In this document: one piece after another, positions 27,357 through 37,152 of the stretch
Layout: every line of letters starts with the position of its first letter
How positions within the stretch are numbered: the stretch's first letter is position 1
Assembly: GCA_029556545.1 (NCBI GenBank)
Contig: JAKQEQ010000193.1
Coordinates: 15,262 to 79,261 of the forward strand
Length of the DNA stretch: 64,000 nt
From: Candidatus Hydrogenedentota bacterium
Lineage (GTDB): Bacteria > Hydrogenedentota > Hydrogenedentia > Hydrogenedentales > JAGMZX01
Reading direction: 5' to 3'
Program-made: the position numbers and the translations under genes
The notes under the pieces: generated by a model
Told to the model about the DNA's origin: nothing
The model's input: only the letters and a program-made list of their open reading frames with translations
Databases searched by the model: none

Positions 27357-28133
27357 CTACCCAAGGTGCCCGACGGCGTTCCGGAAGACTTGCAGCCCCG
27401 CGCCTTCCTCGGGGAATTCTTCGCGGGTCCAGCGGGGATGTTGCGTGCGCGCGACGAACGCCTCGGGGTGCGGCATAAGCCCGAGCACGCGCCCCGACGG
27501 ATCGCAGATGCCCGCGATATCATCCACCGCGCCGTTCGGATTCGCCGGGTACGCGCCGCGGGCGGGCGCGCCGTCGGGTCCCGCGTAGCGGAACACGACC
27601 TGGCCGTTGGCGCGGAGTCTTTCGAGTACGGCGTCGTCGCGGGGGATGAACTTGCCCTCGCCGTGGCGAATCGGCAGTTCGAGGCCGGTGATGCCCTGGC
27701 TCCAGACGCAGCGGGTGCCCGGGTCCGCCGTGAGGCGCACCCAGCGGTCCTCGAACCGCCCCGAGTCGTTGTGCGTGACCGTGACCTCCTGTCGGAACGC
27801 GCCGTTGAACAGCGGCAGGATGCCCATCTTCACCATGACCTGGAACCCGTTGCAGATGCCGATGGCGAGCTTGCCCGCCGCGAGGAACTCCGCGATCGGC
27901 TCGCCCAGCTTGAAGCGGAGGCGGTTCGCGAGAATCTTTCCCGAGGCGACGTCGTCGCCGAAGGAGAACCCGCCGGGGACCGCGAGGATATGGAATTCGT
28001 GCAGCCGCGCCGGGTCCGCCACAAGATCATTCAGGTGGACAAACGCCGTCTCCGCGCCCGCAAGATGGAAAGCGTGTGCGGTCTCGTGCTCGCAGTTAAT
28101 CCCGAAACCGGTCACTATCAGTGCGCGTACCAC
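27357..28133 (-). CDS. purQ: phosphoribosylformylglycinamidine synthase subunit PurQ
   Basis: Motifs GFGINCEHET, PGGFSFGD, GICNGFQ, GLMPHPE. Likely GTG start at 28133; the longer ORF reads through a REP. Confidence 0.96.
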   Translation of the reverse strand: MVRALIVTGFGINCEHETAHAFHLAGAETAFVHLNDLVADPARLHEFHILAVPGGFSFGDDVASGKILANRLRFKLGEPIAEFLAAGKLAIGICNGFQVMVKMGILPLFNGAFRQEVTVTHNDSGRFEDRWVRLTADPGTRCVWSQGITGLELPIRHGEGKFIPRDDAVLERLRANGQVVFRYAGPDGAPARGAYPANPNGAVDDIAGICDPSGRVLGLMPHPEAFVARTQHPRWTREEFPEEGAGLQVFRNAVGHLG

Positions 28134-28154
28134 CGAAGGAGGGCCTTTCCCCAC

Positions 28155-28256
28155 TGTGGACTGCGGCAGCTTGCTGCCGCTCTTCCTTCCGGGCGGCTTG
28201 CCGCCCGAGACAGGCTTCGAGATGAACTGAGCGCAAGCAAGCTTGCGCACTCCACA
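28155..28256. repeat. REP doublet (GGAGTGCG..AGCTTGCT..CGC type) inside the pur operon
   Basis: TGTGGACTGCGGCAGCTTGCTGCCGCT (28155-28181) and AGCGCAAGCAAGCTTGCGCACTCCACA (28230-28256). The stem differences between the two are compensatory. Confidence 0.85.
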
Positions 28257-28283
28257 GGCAACCGTAATCCAAATACCATGAGC

Positions 28284-28496
28284 TTAGGCATTTACTACAG
28301 CCTCAAACGTGGTCATCATGGCCGTGGAGGCCGCCGGCATGGGAAATTCCATGAGGTAGGCTTCAGTCGCTTCCTTTAGGTTGGCGATGGCCTCCTCGAC
28401 CGTATAACCTTGGCTAACCGTGCCCACCTCCGGGCAATCGGCGACGTAGAGATCATCTTCCTTGTGTAATACGGCTGTGAATGTCTTGTGCGTCAT
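28284..28496 (-). CDS. hicB: HicB-family antitoxin
   Basis: FTAVLHKEDDLYVADCPEVGTVSQGYTVEEAIANLKEATEAYL. RBS GGAGG. Candidate promoter TGGACA-N18-GATAAT upstream. Confidence 0.92.
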   Translation of the reverse strand: MTHKTFTAVLHKEDDLYVADCPEVGTVSQGYTVEEAIANLKEATEAYLMEFPMPAASTAMMTTFEAVVNA

Positions 28497-28602
28497 GCCG
28501 CAGCCTCCATCTCGGCGCTGCCTCGGAGATCAGTCACCGTATCGTTCCTCTGTCGACACTTTCATTATCCATGATGCCCAGACTTGCTGTCCAGCGATGT
28601 TC

Positions 28603-31563
28603 TTACCACCGCAGCGGCCGCCGCCACGCTTCCTTTAACTCCGCGAGCGACGCCTTGACCGCCGCGCCGCCAGCGCACGCCGCCTCGAACACCGGCTCCG
28701 GCGTCACGACGCCCAGGCGCGTCACGGGGCAGCCCGCCAGCGCCGCCTCGAAGTGATCGGCCTTCTCCGGCGACACGCTGGCCACGAACCGGCTCTGCGA
28801 TTCGCTGAACAGCGCCACGACGTTGCTTTCGAGGCCCATCGCCGCAATATCGAGGCGCATGCCGTACCCGCCCGCGAACGCGGACTCCGCCAGCGCCACC
28901 GCCAGCCCGCCGTCGCTGCAATCGTGACACGACGCGACCAGACCCGCGCCGAAGGCCGCCGACAGCTTCTCATAGAGCGCCCGCGCCCGCGCCGGGTCCA
29001 CTTTCGGCACATTCGCGCCCAGTTGGCCGCGCAGGGCGAGGTACTCGCTCCCGCCCAGTTCATTTTTCGTCTCGCCGAGGACGTACACGACGTCGCCGGG
29101 CCGCTTCACGTCCATCGAGACGACCCTGTCCGTGTCCTCGATGACAGCCGCGGCGGTGAACAGCACGGTCGGCGGAATCGAAATCTTCGTGTCGCCGATC
29201 TTGTAGTCGTTCTTCATGCTGTCCTTGCCGCTGATGAGCGGGACATCGTAGGCGGTGCACACGTCGTACAGCGCCTCGCACGCGCGCACGAGTTGCGCGA
29301 GCTTGTAGCGTCCGTCCGGCGTCTTCTCGCTCGCGACCGGGTCCGGCCAGCAGAAGTTGTCGAGCCCCGCGATGAGCCCGAGCCTTGCGCCGACGGCGAC
29401 CAGGTTGCGCACGGCCTCGTCGATGACGCATGCCATCATGTGATAGGTATCTAGGTCACTATATTTCGGGCAGATGCCGCACGCCACCGCGATCCCGCGT
29501 TTCGACCCGAGCACGGGCCGGATCACCCCCGCGTCGCCGGGGCCGTCGTGCGCGACGCCCTGGAACTGCTTGAGCACGCTCTGGCCCTGGACCTCGTGGT
29601 CGTACATGCGCACGAACGTTTCCTTGCTGCACACGTTCAGCGCGCCGAGCACGGCCTTCAGCTCCGCCGTCAGGTCCGCATCCTCGACGATGATTTCCGG
29701 TTCGAGCGCGGGCGGCGTCCATTCCGCTTCGAGGCGCATCCTCGGCACGCCGTCATGCAGGAACTCCATATCGAGCGCGCCGATGAGCCTGCCGTCGTAA
29801 TAGCACTCGAGGCGTCCCGAGTCCGTGAACTCGCCCAGCACCGTCGCCTCGACCTCGCGCCGCCGCGCCAGTTCGAGGAAGGCGTCGATCTGGTCCGGCG
29901 GCACGGCCAGCGTCATGCGCTCCTGCGCCTCGGACAGGAAAATCTCCCACGGCGCGAGCCCGGCGTACTTCAGCGGCGCCCGCTCAAGATGGACCCGCGC
30001 CCCGCCGCACCCGCGCGCCATTTCGCCCACGCTCGACGACAGCCCGCCCGCCCCGTTGTCCGTGATGTTGTGGTACAGGCCGAGATCGCGCGCTTCGAGC
30101 AACAGGTCGGCCATCTTTTTCTGCGTGATCGGGTCGCCTATCTGCACCGCCGTCGCCGGCGAACCCGCGTGCAACTCCTCCGAGGAAAAGGTCGCGCCGT
30201 GGATGCCGTCCTTGCCGATGCGCCCGCCCGTCATCACGATCAGATCGCCCGGCTGCGCCTTCTTGACGTGGCTGGGCCGCCCGGCAACCGTCCGCGGGAT
30301 CAGCCCGCCCGTGCCGCAGAACACCAGCGGCTTGCCCAGGAACCGCTCGTGGAAGACGATGGCCCCGTTCACGTCCGGGATGCCGCTCTGGTTGCCGCCG
30401 TCCTTCACGCCCCGGTGGACCCCGCGAAGCACGCGCCGCGGATGCAGCAGCCGCTCCGGTATCGCGCCCTCATGGAACGGCGACGCGAAGCAGAACACGT
30501 CCGTGTTGAAAATGCAGCGGCAGCCCAGCCCCGCGCCCAGCACGTCGCGGTTCACGCCCACGATGCCGGTCATCGCCCCGCCATAAGGATCGAGGGCGGA
30601 TGGACTGTTGTGCGTCTCCGCCTTGAGCGCGAAATTGTGGTCTTCGTCGAAGCGGACCGTGCCCGCGTTGTCGTCGAAGACGCTCACGAGCCAATCGACC
30701 TTTTTCGCCACGGCGTCCGTCGTGGCCTTGACATAGGTCTTGAACAAACCGTCTATTGTTCGTTTTTGTTTGTTTTCGTCCGTATAGCGGATGGTTGCGT
30801 TGAAAATCTTGTGTTTGCAGTGCTCCGACCACGTCTGCGCGAGCACTTCGAGTTCCAGATCCGTCGGCCGCGGTGGCAGGCCCAGCGTCGCCCGCGACGC
30901 CCGTACCGCCGGGTCGCGGTAGTGCGCCTGGATCGCCTGAATCTCGTGCAGTTCGAGGGCAAGCACCATGTCGCGGCTGAGTCGCCGCAACGCCTCGTCC
31001 GGCACTTCCAGGTCGATCTCGCGGACCGCCGCGTCGCTTGTCGTGGTGACGATGGGCAGCGCGAGGAGGGGCTTGCCATCCAGCGCGCGCATTTCGGCGG
31101 CGGACTTCACGACCCACTGCTCGATCAGTTCATTGGCGAGCAGGTCGCGGGCGATCCGCGCGCACGTTGCGGCGTCCACGCCGCCCCGAACCACGTACAG
31201 CGTCGACTTGAACACGGCTTCGCCGGCGGCCAATGGCCGCCCGAGCACGTCCGCGATGCCCTCCGCGGAACTCTTGCCGATATTGTCCGTGACGCCGGGC
31301 AGAAAGCCCACTTCGATGACGTAGTCGTAGTCTCGGGCGAGCGATCGGTCAATGGCCGATTCCTGGATAATCGGGTCGGTGAACAACTCGCGGCGGACGG
31401 TCTCCAGTTCGTCCGGGGACACCGCCGCGTGGACGGTATACACGTCGATGACGCTGACGTCGTCCACGTGGATGCCGAGGTCTTCCGCGAGCCGGTCGCG
31501 GACGGACGCGCCCGCCGGGTCCGGGAGACCCGGCTTCATCGCCACTTCGATCCGGCTAGGCAT
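28603..31563 (-). CDS. purL: phosphoribosylformylglycinamidine synthase PurL with fused N-terminal PurS-like region
   Basis: Motifs QTWSEHCKHKIF, KAETHNSPS, DNGAGGLSSS, ISGKDSM, HDCSDGGL. Confidence 0.96.
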   Translation of the reverse strand: MPSRIEVAMKPGLPDPAGASVRDRLAEDLGIHVDDVSVIDVYTVHAAVSPDELETVRRELFTDPIIQESAIDRSLARDYDYVIEVGFLPGVTDNIGKSSAEGIADVLGRPLAAGEAVFKSTLYVVRGGVDAATCARIARDLLANELIEQWVVKSAAEMRALDGKPLLALPIVTTTSDAAVREIDLEVPDEALRRLSRDMVLALELHEIQAIQAHYRDPAVRASRATLGLPPRPTDLELEVLAQTWSEHCKHKIFNATIRYTDENKQKRTIDGLFKTYVKATTDAVAKKVDWLVSVFDDNAGTVRFDEDHNFALKAETHNSPSALDPYGGAMTGIVGVNRDVLGAGLGCRCIFNTDVFCFASPFHEGAIPERLLHPRRVLRGVHRGVKDGGNQSGIPDVNGAIVFHERFLGKPLVFCGTGGLIPRTVAGRPSHVKKAQPGDLIVMTGGRIGKDGIHGATFSSEELHAGSPATAVQIGDPITQKKMADLLLEARDLGLYHNITDNGAGGLSSSVGEMARGCGGARVHLERAPLKYAGLAPWEIFLSEAQERMTLAVPPDQIDAFLELARRREVEATVLGEFTDSGRLECYYDGRLIGALDMEFLHDGVPRMRLEAEWTPPALEPEIIVEDADLTAELKAVLGALNVCSKETFVRMYDHEVQGQSVLKQFQGVAHDGPGDAGVIRPVLGSKRGIAVACGICPKYSDLDTYHMMACVIDEAVRNLVAVGARLGLIAGLDNFCWPDPVASEKTPDGRYKLAQLVRACEALYDVCTAYDVPLISGKDSMKNDYKIGDTKISIPPTVLFTAAAVIEDTDRVVSMDVKRPGDVVYVLGETKNELGGSEYLALRGQLGANVPKVDPARARALYEKLSAAFGAGLVASCHDCSDGGLAVALAESAFAGGYGMRLDIAAMGLESNVVALFSESQSRFVASVSPEKADHFEAALAGCPVTRLGVVTPEPVFEAACAGGAAVKASLAELKEAWRRPLRW

Positions 31564-32617
31564 ATTGCAGCGTCCCGGTGTAGGTGACCTTCCGTTCGCC
31601 GGTCACGACCTTGCCGACCACCATCGCCTGCTGCCCGGCCATTTCGACGCTCTGCACCGCCTTCGCCGCCTGCTTCTCGGGGACGATGAAGAGGAATCCG
31701 ATGCCCATGTTGAACGTGCGCAGCATTTCGGCGTCGGCGACGCGCCCCGCCTCCTTCAGGAACGTGAACAGGCGCGGCACGGACCAGCTCGAAAGGTCGA
31801 TCTCGACCCCGAAACCGTCGGGCAGGGCGCGGGGCAGGTTGTCCGTGATGCCGCCGCCGGTCACGTGGGCCATGCCGCGGACTTCGACCAGCTTCATCAC
31901 GATCTGCATCAACTTGGCGTAGCTGATATGGGGCTCCATCAGCGCGGCGGCCACGGTCTTGCCGAGGCCGGGCACTTCATCCTCGATGCGCAGTTTCGCC
32001 ACGTCGAACACGATGCGCCGCGCCAGGCTGTATCCGTTCGTGTGCAGGCCCGACGACGGGAGCCCGACGACCACGTCGCCCGGCGCGATGCGCGACCCGT
32101 CCACGATGTTCTTGCGGTCCACCACGCCCACGATGGTCCCGGCCAGGTCGTACTCGTTCTCCGCGTACATGCCCGGCATCTCGGCCGTCTCGCCGCCGAT
32201 GAGGGCGCAGCCCGCGTAGCGGCAGCCCGCCGCGACACCGCGGATGACGTCGCCGATGATCTCGGGATCGACCTTGCCCGCGGCCAGATAATCGAGGAAG
32301 AACAGGGGCCGCGCGCCCTGCACCAGGATGTCGTTCACCGAGTGCGACACGAGATCCACGCCGACGGTGTCGTGCTTGTTCGTCATGAACGCGAGCTTCA
32401 GCTTCGTGCCGACGCCGTCCACGCTCGAAACCAGCACCGGCGCCTCCATGTCCTTGATGTCGAGCAGGTACATGGCGCCGAAACTGCCGATATCCTGAAG
32501 CACGTTGTCGTTGAACGTGCGCTTGATCGCTTCCTTCGCGCGGGCGAGCGCCGCGTTCGCCGCGTCGATATCGACGCCCGCGTCCTTGTAGCTCAAACCC
32601 GGTGTGTCGTGGTTCAT
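31556..32617 (-). CDS. purM: phosphoribosylformylglycinamidine cyclo-ligase
   Basis: Motifs YKDAGVDI, DGVGTKL, GGETAEMPG, GLHTNGYSL, TFNMGIG. RBS GGAGG. Candidate promoter TTGCTT-N17-TATCCT upstream. Confidence 0.97.
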   Translation of the reverse strand: MNHDTPGLSYKDAGVDIDAANAALARAKEAIKRTFNDNVLQDIGSFGAMYLLDIKDMEAPVLVSSVDGVGTKLKLAFMTNKHDTVGVDLVSHSVNDILVQGARPLFFLDYLAAGKVDPEIIGDVIRGVAAGCRYAGCALIGGETAEMPGMYAENEYDLAGTIVGVVDRKNIVDGSRIAPGDVVVGLPSSGLHTNGYSLARRIVFDVAKLRIEDEVPGLGKTVAAALMEPHISYAKLMQIVMKLVEVRGMAHVTGGGITDNLPRALPDGFGVEIDLSSWSVPRLFTFLKEAGRVADAEMLRTFNMGIGFLFIVPEKQAAKAVQSVEMAGQQAMVVGKVVTGERKVTYTGTLQYA

Positions 32618-32799
32618 CGTGGGGATTCCTCCGGAAGGCCATAAGGATAGCCGCCCCACCGGGTCAAAGCAAATGGCGCGACGCCCAGGCAACATGCGCC
32701 AATGTGGGGCGGACATACTTGCCTGCCGCTCATTCCTTCGCTTGCGGGCGCGCTAGGAACGTTCAGTCTTCACTGCTCGGCGCGGCTGCCCCGTTGGCG

Positions 32800-33585
32800 T
32801 CATTTCCGCTCAAGGCTGTGGCGGATGTAGCGTTCCAGCGCGGCCTCGGCGTCTAGCACGCGCTTAAGCAAGGGCTCGATGTGCCGCTCGAGGTAGCTGC
32901 GGGCGTTGCGTGCTTGCTCGGGTTTGGGTTCCGCGCCCGTCTCGTATTCCTGAATCCAGCCCTCGACCTGTCGCTTGGCCTCTTCCAGGTGCGACCGTTG
33001 TTTGGCCAACACGTCCGCGTCTCGCCCGCCGCCCCAGAAGGCGAACAACTTGGTGGCGAACTCGACGTGCGCGCGGATTACTTCCCAATCTCGCGGATCG
33101 TGATTTTGGAATAGGTCCTGAAATCCCGACTCCACCAATTGAAGACTGGGACGAAACAGTGGATGCCCGCGTTGTGACAGAATTTGCGCAAGCACGGCCC
33201 TGATCTCGACCGCTCGATCGTCGTTCGGATGTTCCTTCAGCCACTGCTGGCCGACCTGCAGTGCGCGCCACTCGCGGTACGTCAAGGCGTATAGCTCGAC
33301 TTGGCGCATCGCGGCCCAACGACGCAGCGGCTCGGGCGCCGTTGCATCATCCAGCAGCGCCTGGCACGCCGCCAGGGGTTCCGCCTCGACCCCGTTGCCC
33401 AAGGTGCGCTTTGCAGCCGGGATCAACTCATCCTGGGCCAGCGTTGTTGCCTCATACGGCAGCTCGGGGAAGGGATTGAAATCGGCCAAGCTCGCTCCGA
33501 AGGCGGCCACATTCGGAACGATGCTCAAGAAAAGGACCGACCACACACGAACAACAGTCGCCGCTGCTTTTCGTTTCCACCACAT
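32800..33585 (-). CDS. secreted alpha-helical (TPR-like) hypothetical protein
   Basis: 261-aa ORF with strong RBS AAGGAGG and a signal-peptide-like start. Confidence 0.7.
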   Translation of the reverse strand: MWWKRKAAATVVRVWSVLFLSIVPNVAAFGASLADFNPFPELPYEATTLAQDELIPAAKRTLGNGVEAEPLAACQALLDDATAPEPLRRWAAMRQVELYALTYREWRALQVGQQWLKEHPNDDRAVEIRAVLAQILSQRGHPLFRPSLQLVESGFQDLFQNHDPRDWEVIRAHVEFATKLFAFWGGGRDADVLAKQRSHLEEAKRQVEGWIQEYETGAEPKPEQARNARSYLERHIEPLLKRVLDAEAALERYIRHSLERK

Positions 33586-33642
33586 ATGCCCGAATTCCTC
33601 CTTGAGCGTTCTCTCGTTTCGTGTTCGGCGATCCGGCGCGTC

Positions 33643-34554
33643 CTAAGGCGTAGCGGCATCGACGCGCTCCGCATCGTTCCGCATTACGGCATCACGCCAC
33701 CAAAGCTGATAGTGGTAGTGTGCGCCGGGAGGCACCTCCGGCTCCCGCCGCTTTCGCGCCACGATCTCGGCGAACATGTGGCCAGCCACGTCCTCGAAGG
33801 TGTACTCCTCATCTTGCGCCCACCGTGTGCGTTCCGGGTTCGCGGGATAACGTCTGTGCAGACGTTCAAGCAAAGGCAGACTGAGGCTCGGGGGAAGGTG
33901 TCCGAGCACAGAAATCGCCCGCAGGCGCACCTGAATCCTGCCCTCCCACACGCTTGTGGACCACTTGGGGGAACGGACTGGCGCGGCGCCCCAGAACTCC
34001 TCCGTCATGCATTCTTCGAGGAGCCTCACCGTCTCGGCCAGGTGAATCCAACCCAGTAGTTCATAGGTCTCGATGAGCGCCTGCGCGTGCTCGTCGCCGA
34101 GTTTCTCGCCGCGCGGCGCCTGAAACGCCAGGCGCGCCAAGGACACTACGCGACAGTCCCGGGTCATGCCGGCCTTGGCCGCCCACAACACGACGCGATA
34201 CGACAGCCAGTCCGGGGGACTTTTCGCGAGCGCGCGCCGCCCCGCCTCGATGACGTAGGTCGCGTCGCCCGCGGGCTTCGGCGCATTCACCCATGCAAGG
34301 TACGTGGACCACGAGTGCCTGCCCAGACGAACACCTTCCTCCATGCGTCGCAGACCCACAACCGTATCCAGGTACAATTCCTTCAGGCGGACATCCGTAC
34401 TCTGCTCGATGTCCGGGTCGCCGGGCCAGACCGTCTCGGGCGGATAGATGATCGGCGGCTCGCCAGACGTCGCCACCGAACAGAGTATGCCCAACATCGC
34501 GAGTACGACGCAGCACCGGTGTTCGTTGACCTTTGCGCCATTGACTATGCTCAT
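33643..34554 (-). CDS. secreted hypothetical protein (HEAT-like helices)
   Basis: 303-aa ORF with RBS AGGAGG, a hydrophobic N-terminus, and RLRAISVLGHLP. Confidence 0.7.
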   Translation of the reverse strand: MSIVNGAKVNEHRCCVVLAMLGILCSVATSGEPPIIYPPETVWPGDPDIEQSTDVRLKELYLDTVVGLRRMEEGVRLGRHSWSTYLAWVNAPKPAGDATYVIEAGRRALAKSPPDWLSYRVVLWAAKAGMTRDCRVVSLARLAFQAPRGEKLGDEHAQALIETYELLGWIHLAETVRLLEECMTEEFWGAAPVRSPKWSTSVWEGRIQVRLRAISVLGHLPPSLSLPLLERLHRRYPANPERTRWAQDEEYTFEDVAGHMFAEIVARKRREPEVPPGAHYHYQLWWRDAVMRNDAERVDAATP

Positions 34555-34578
34555 GCGCGCGTCTCCTCCTTCCTGATC

Positions 34579-35775
34579 CTACAACCAGTCTGGAATGTCG
34601 CTGACGAATTGCGGTTTCTGTGCCCACCAATTGACATCCGCCCCGTATCTCCAGTCGCCGATCCACATTACATTGTATTCGACGACGCCCGGATCGTCAT
34701 GCCCCAGACCGACAACGTGACCGGTTTCATGCGCAAACGTCTGCTGAAGATCGCGCGACACGACGCTAAGCCATATGAAGGCCGACGCGGCATTTGCGAG
34801 ACCCCACAGACCATTGCCCGGAGGTCGGTGATCCATGGAGTAAACGCGCTCGCACGTCATCAGATCGTAACCACAAGCGTCGAGAAGTTGGAAGCCACTC
34901 CAGTGATCTGGATTGCATTCATCGAACTCTACTCTAGCATCAGTCTCCCTTGCGTACTCAAGCAAATGATAATGCACTGGCACCGCACTATCCAGAGGAT
35001 CGTCAAATCGCTCTTTGAGAGTTGTCTGTTGCACATCCGGGTTCTCTGAAAGATCTTGGCGAAGTCGCAATGACGCCCCCGCGAGGATGTTCTCCAGCGG
35101 TAATTCACGGGCTTCGGGGTGGCGTACCGCGCGTAGACCGTAGGTTTTTGCCGGGTCAACCTGCCCCGGAATGACTATTTCCGCGTAGTTAGGTTTTCCC
35201 CCGTCTTCAGGTTGACTCGCTCCGAATCGTGTAACCCTTATTCTGTATCCGCGCGAACCGGCTAAGTAATCCGGCTTTACCTCGTAATAGCAGCGCGCCA
35301 TCAGCGGTTCTTCTGGATCGGGTTCAACCTTGTGGACATAGCCGGCTATCGAGTAGAGATATGGAGTAGCTGCGTTGGAAACGATACAGAGGCATGTCAA
35401 GTCCGAATCCCCATAGTCTCTCAGGCAATCTTCACTTTCACCGCAATCTCCTCCACAGTGGTCCTGAGCACCCTCCCTCATTTTCACGTCGAAGGCGTCG
35501 TAACGAATGTCGCAGTCTTCACCGCCTTCAACTCTGAGATCGCCTATCGTCCCTGGATACGCGGCGAGTAAGGGAAGCCCCACAGGTCGTATTTCCGTAA
35601 TGGGATTCATGGCGTGGGGCCAGCCCGCCGCGGCTATTGGAGCGGTGCACGCACATGTGTTGATCTCGCCAACATCGAGATGCTCCAACATGCGCGGACA
35701 GGCAGCCAGTAATGTAGTTGCCACGAGCAGAACAAAAGATTTGAACGGGATCCCGAGAAAATTTCCCGACACCAC
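34579..35775 (-). CDS. Cys-rich putative lipoprotein with metzincin zinc-protease motif
   Basis: Lipobox-like LLAAC, then C-terminal HETGHVVGLGH followed by NVM (Met-turn). Lower GC than the host genes. Start codon uncertain. Confidence 0.65.
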   Translation of the reverse strand: MVSGNFLGIPFKSFVLLVATTLLAACPRMLEHLDVGEINTCACTAPIAAAGWPHAMNPITEIRPVGLPLLAAYPGTIGDLRVEGGEDCDIRYDAFDVKMREGAQDHCGGDCGESEDCLRDYGDSDLTCLCIVSNAATPYLYSIAGYVHKVEPDPEEPLMARCYYEVKPDYLAGSRGYRIRVTRFGASQPEDGGKPNYAEIVIPGQVDPAKTYGLRAVRHPEARELPLENILAGASLRLRQDLSENPDVQQTTLKERFDDPLDSAVPVHYHLLEYARETDARVEFDECNPDHWSGFQLLDACGYDLMTCERVYSMDHRPPGNGLWGLANAASAFIWLSVVSRDLQQTFAHETGHVVGLGHDDPGVVEYNVMWIGDWRYGADVNWWAQKPQFVSDIPDWL

Positions 35776-36068
35776 GCCACGCGAGGACCTGCGAATCGCG
35801 CTTGGTGCTGTCCCGCCCACAAGAGACGGCAAAGAAACCTTAAGTGGTAGGGAAGAACCATCTACCCCCCCCCGAGTCCAGCGCACCTCCCAACGCTATA
35901 CGTTTCTCGCCCGACAACCGAACCTTCGCATTTCCGCGCCATTTCGTTACCCCCCGCCGTCACAATCAACCCCTTCTGACGACACTCTACCCCGTTTGCG
36001 GCGATTTGTCAACCCCCCGAATCGCGCGACGGCCACGAGGTCCGCGGGAGGAAGAGGGCGAGGGCGGA

Positions 36069-37016
36069 TCAGGGGGGCGGCGGCATGGCCTGGAGGGCGG
36101 CGTCGGGCGTGAAGACGATGTCGGCGTAGGCGCGGGGCTGGGCGAGGGTGCGTCCGGAGAGTACGACGCACCGTTCGAGGCGCATGGGCGCGGTCAATGC
36201 GACATGATCGCCGACGACCGTCTCGATGAGTTCCACGCCGTCCGCGATGCGGCAGTTTTCGCCGACCAGCGATGTCAGTCCGCGCCGGCGCAACTCGTGA
36301 ACGCAGCAGGCGATGAGATCGGCGATGTAGGTGAGGTTCATGTCCCATTGGACGACGGGCGCGACGCGCACGGGGTATTCGTAGTCGATCAGTATCTGGA
36401 TCGAGTCGGTGATCTCGTATTCGTCGCGCAAGGCGGTGCGCGGCGTGCGGCGGATAGCGTCGAAGATGCGCATGTCGAAGAGGTAGAGCCCGCAACCCTT
36501 CAGCTTATTGGTCACGTGCCGGGGTTTTTCGATGACGCGCCGGACCGTGCCGTCGGGGCGCAGGTGGACGCAGAAGTTCTTTTTGATTGCCTCGATGTCG
36601 TCCTCTTCTTTCACCGCCAGGACCGCGGCGGCCTCGTGCCGCTCGAATTCCTCGATCATGCGGGCCGGCTCCGAGACATCGAAGAAGATGTCGCCGAGGA
36701 ACAGCACGAACGGCCGGTCCACGTGGCGTTCGAGTTGGCCGACCGCGTGCGCGAGCCCGAGCCGCTGCTCCTGTTCGACGTAGCGCAGCCGCACGCCGTA
36801 TTCGCGGCCGTCGCCGAGGACTCGGGTGATCACGTGCCCGAGATGGCCGATGACGACGATGATGTCTTCGATGCCGAGGTTGCGCAGGTGTTCGAGTTGA
36901 TAGGCGAGCAGGGGCTTGTTGCAGATGGGCGCGATCGGTTTCGGCACGCTTTCGCCGAAGGGCCCCATGCGCGACCCATGCCCCGCCGCGAGAATTACGC
37001 CCTGATACGCCGACAT
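36069..37016 (-). CDS. sugar-phosphate nucleotidyltransferase (glucose-1-phosphate thymidylyltransferase family)
   Basis: Motifs GVILAAGHGSRMG..PKP, GLAHAV, IEKP, EYEITD. Confidence 0.9.
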   Translation of the reverse strand: MSAYQGVILAAGHGSRMGPFGESVPKPIAPICNKPLLAYQLEHLRNLGIEDIIVVIGHLGHVITRVLGDGREYGVRLRYVEQEQRLGLAHAVGQLERHVDRPFVLFLGDIFFDVSEPARMIEEFERHEAAAVLAVKEEDDIEAIKKNFCVHLRPDGTVRRVIEKPRHVTNKLKGCGLYLFDMRIFDAIRRTPRTALRDEYEITDSIQILIDYEYPVRVAPVVQWDMNLTYIADLIACCVHELRRRGLTSLVGENCRIADGVELIETVVGDHVALTAPMRLERCVVLSGRTLAQPRAYADIVFTPDAALQAMPPPP

Positions 37017-37152
37017 CGTCTTTCCCTCCGGGACCGTGGCGCCTGGAATCGTTCCAGGCGCGGTCGAATTGTCGCGGAAGCGACGGCGACGGCGCAAGTG
37101 GGGTGGACGCGATATGCGTGTCGCCGCGCGTCGCGACTGGCCGCCGCCCGAA

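Noticed and set aside
29548..32644. Long plus-strand ORFs opposite purL/purM, and similar shadow ORFs throughout (for example 60007-61776)
   Set aside because: These are antisense or alternate-frame artefacts of high-GC codon bias, Arg/Ala/Pro-rich and without motifs.
32620..32800. ZTP or purine riboswitch upstream of purM (GCCTGGGC and nested stems)
   Set aside because: The 5' conserved ZTP motif is not evident, and a TTGCTT-N17-TATCCT promoter close to the RBS leaves little room for a leader.
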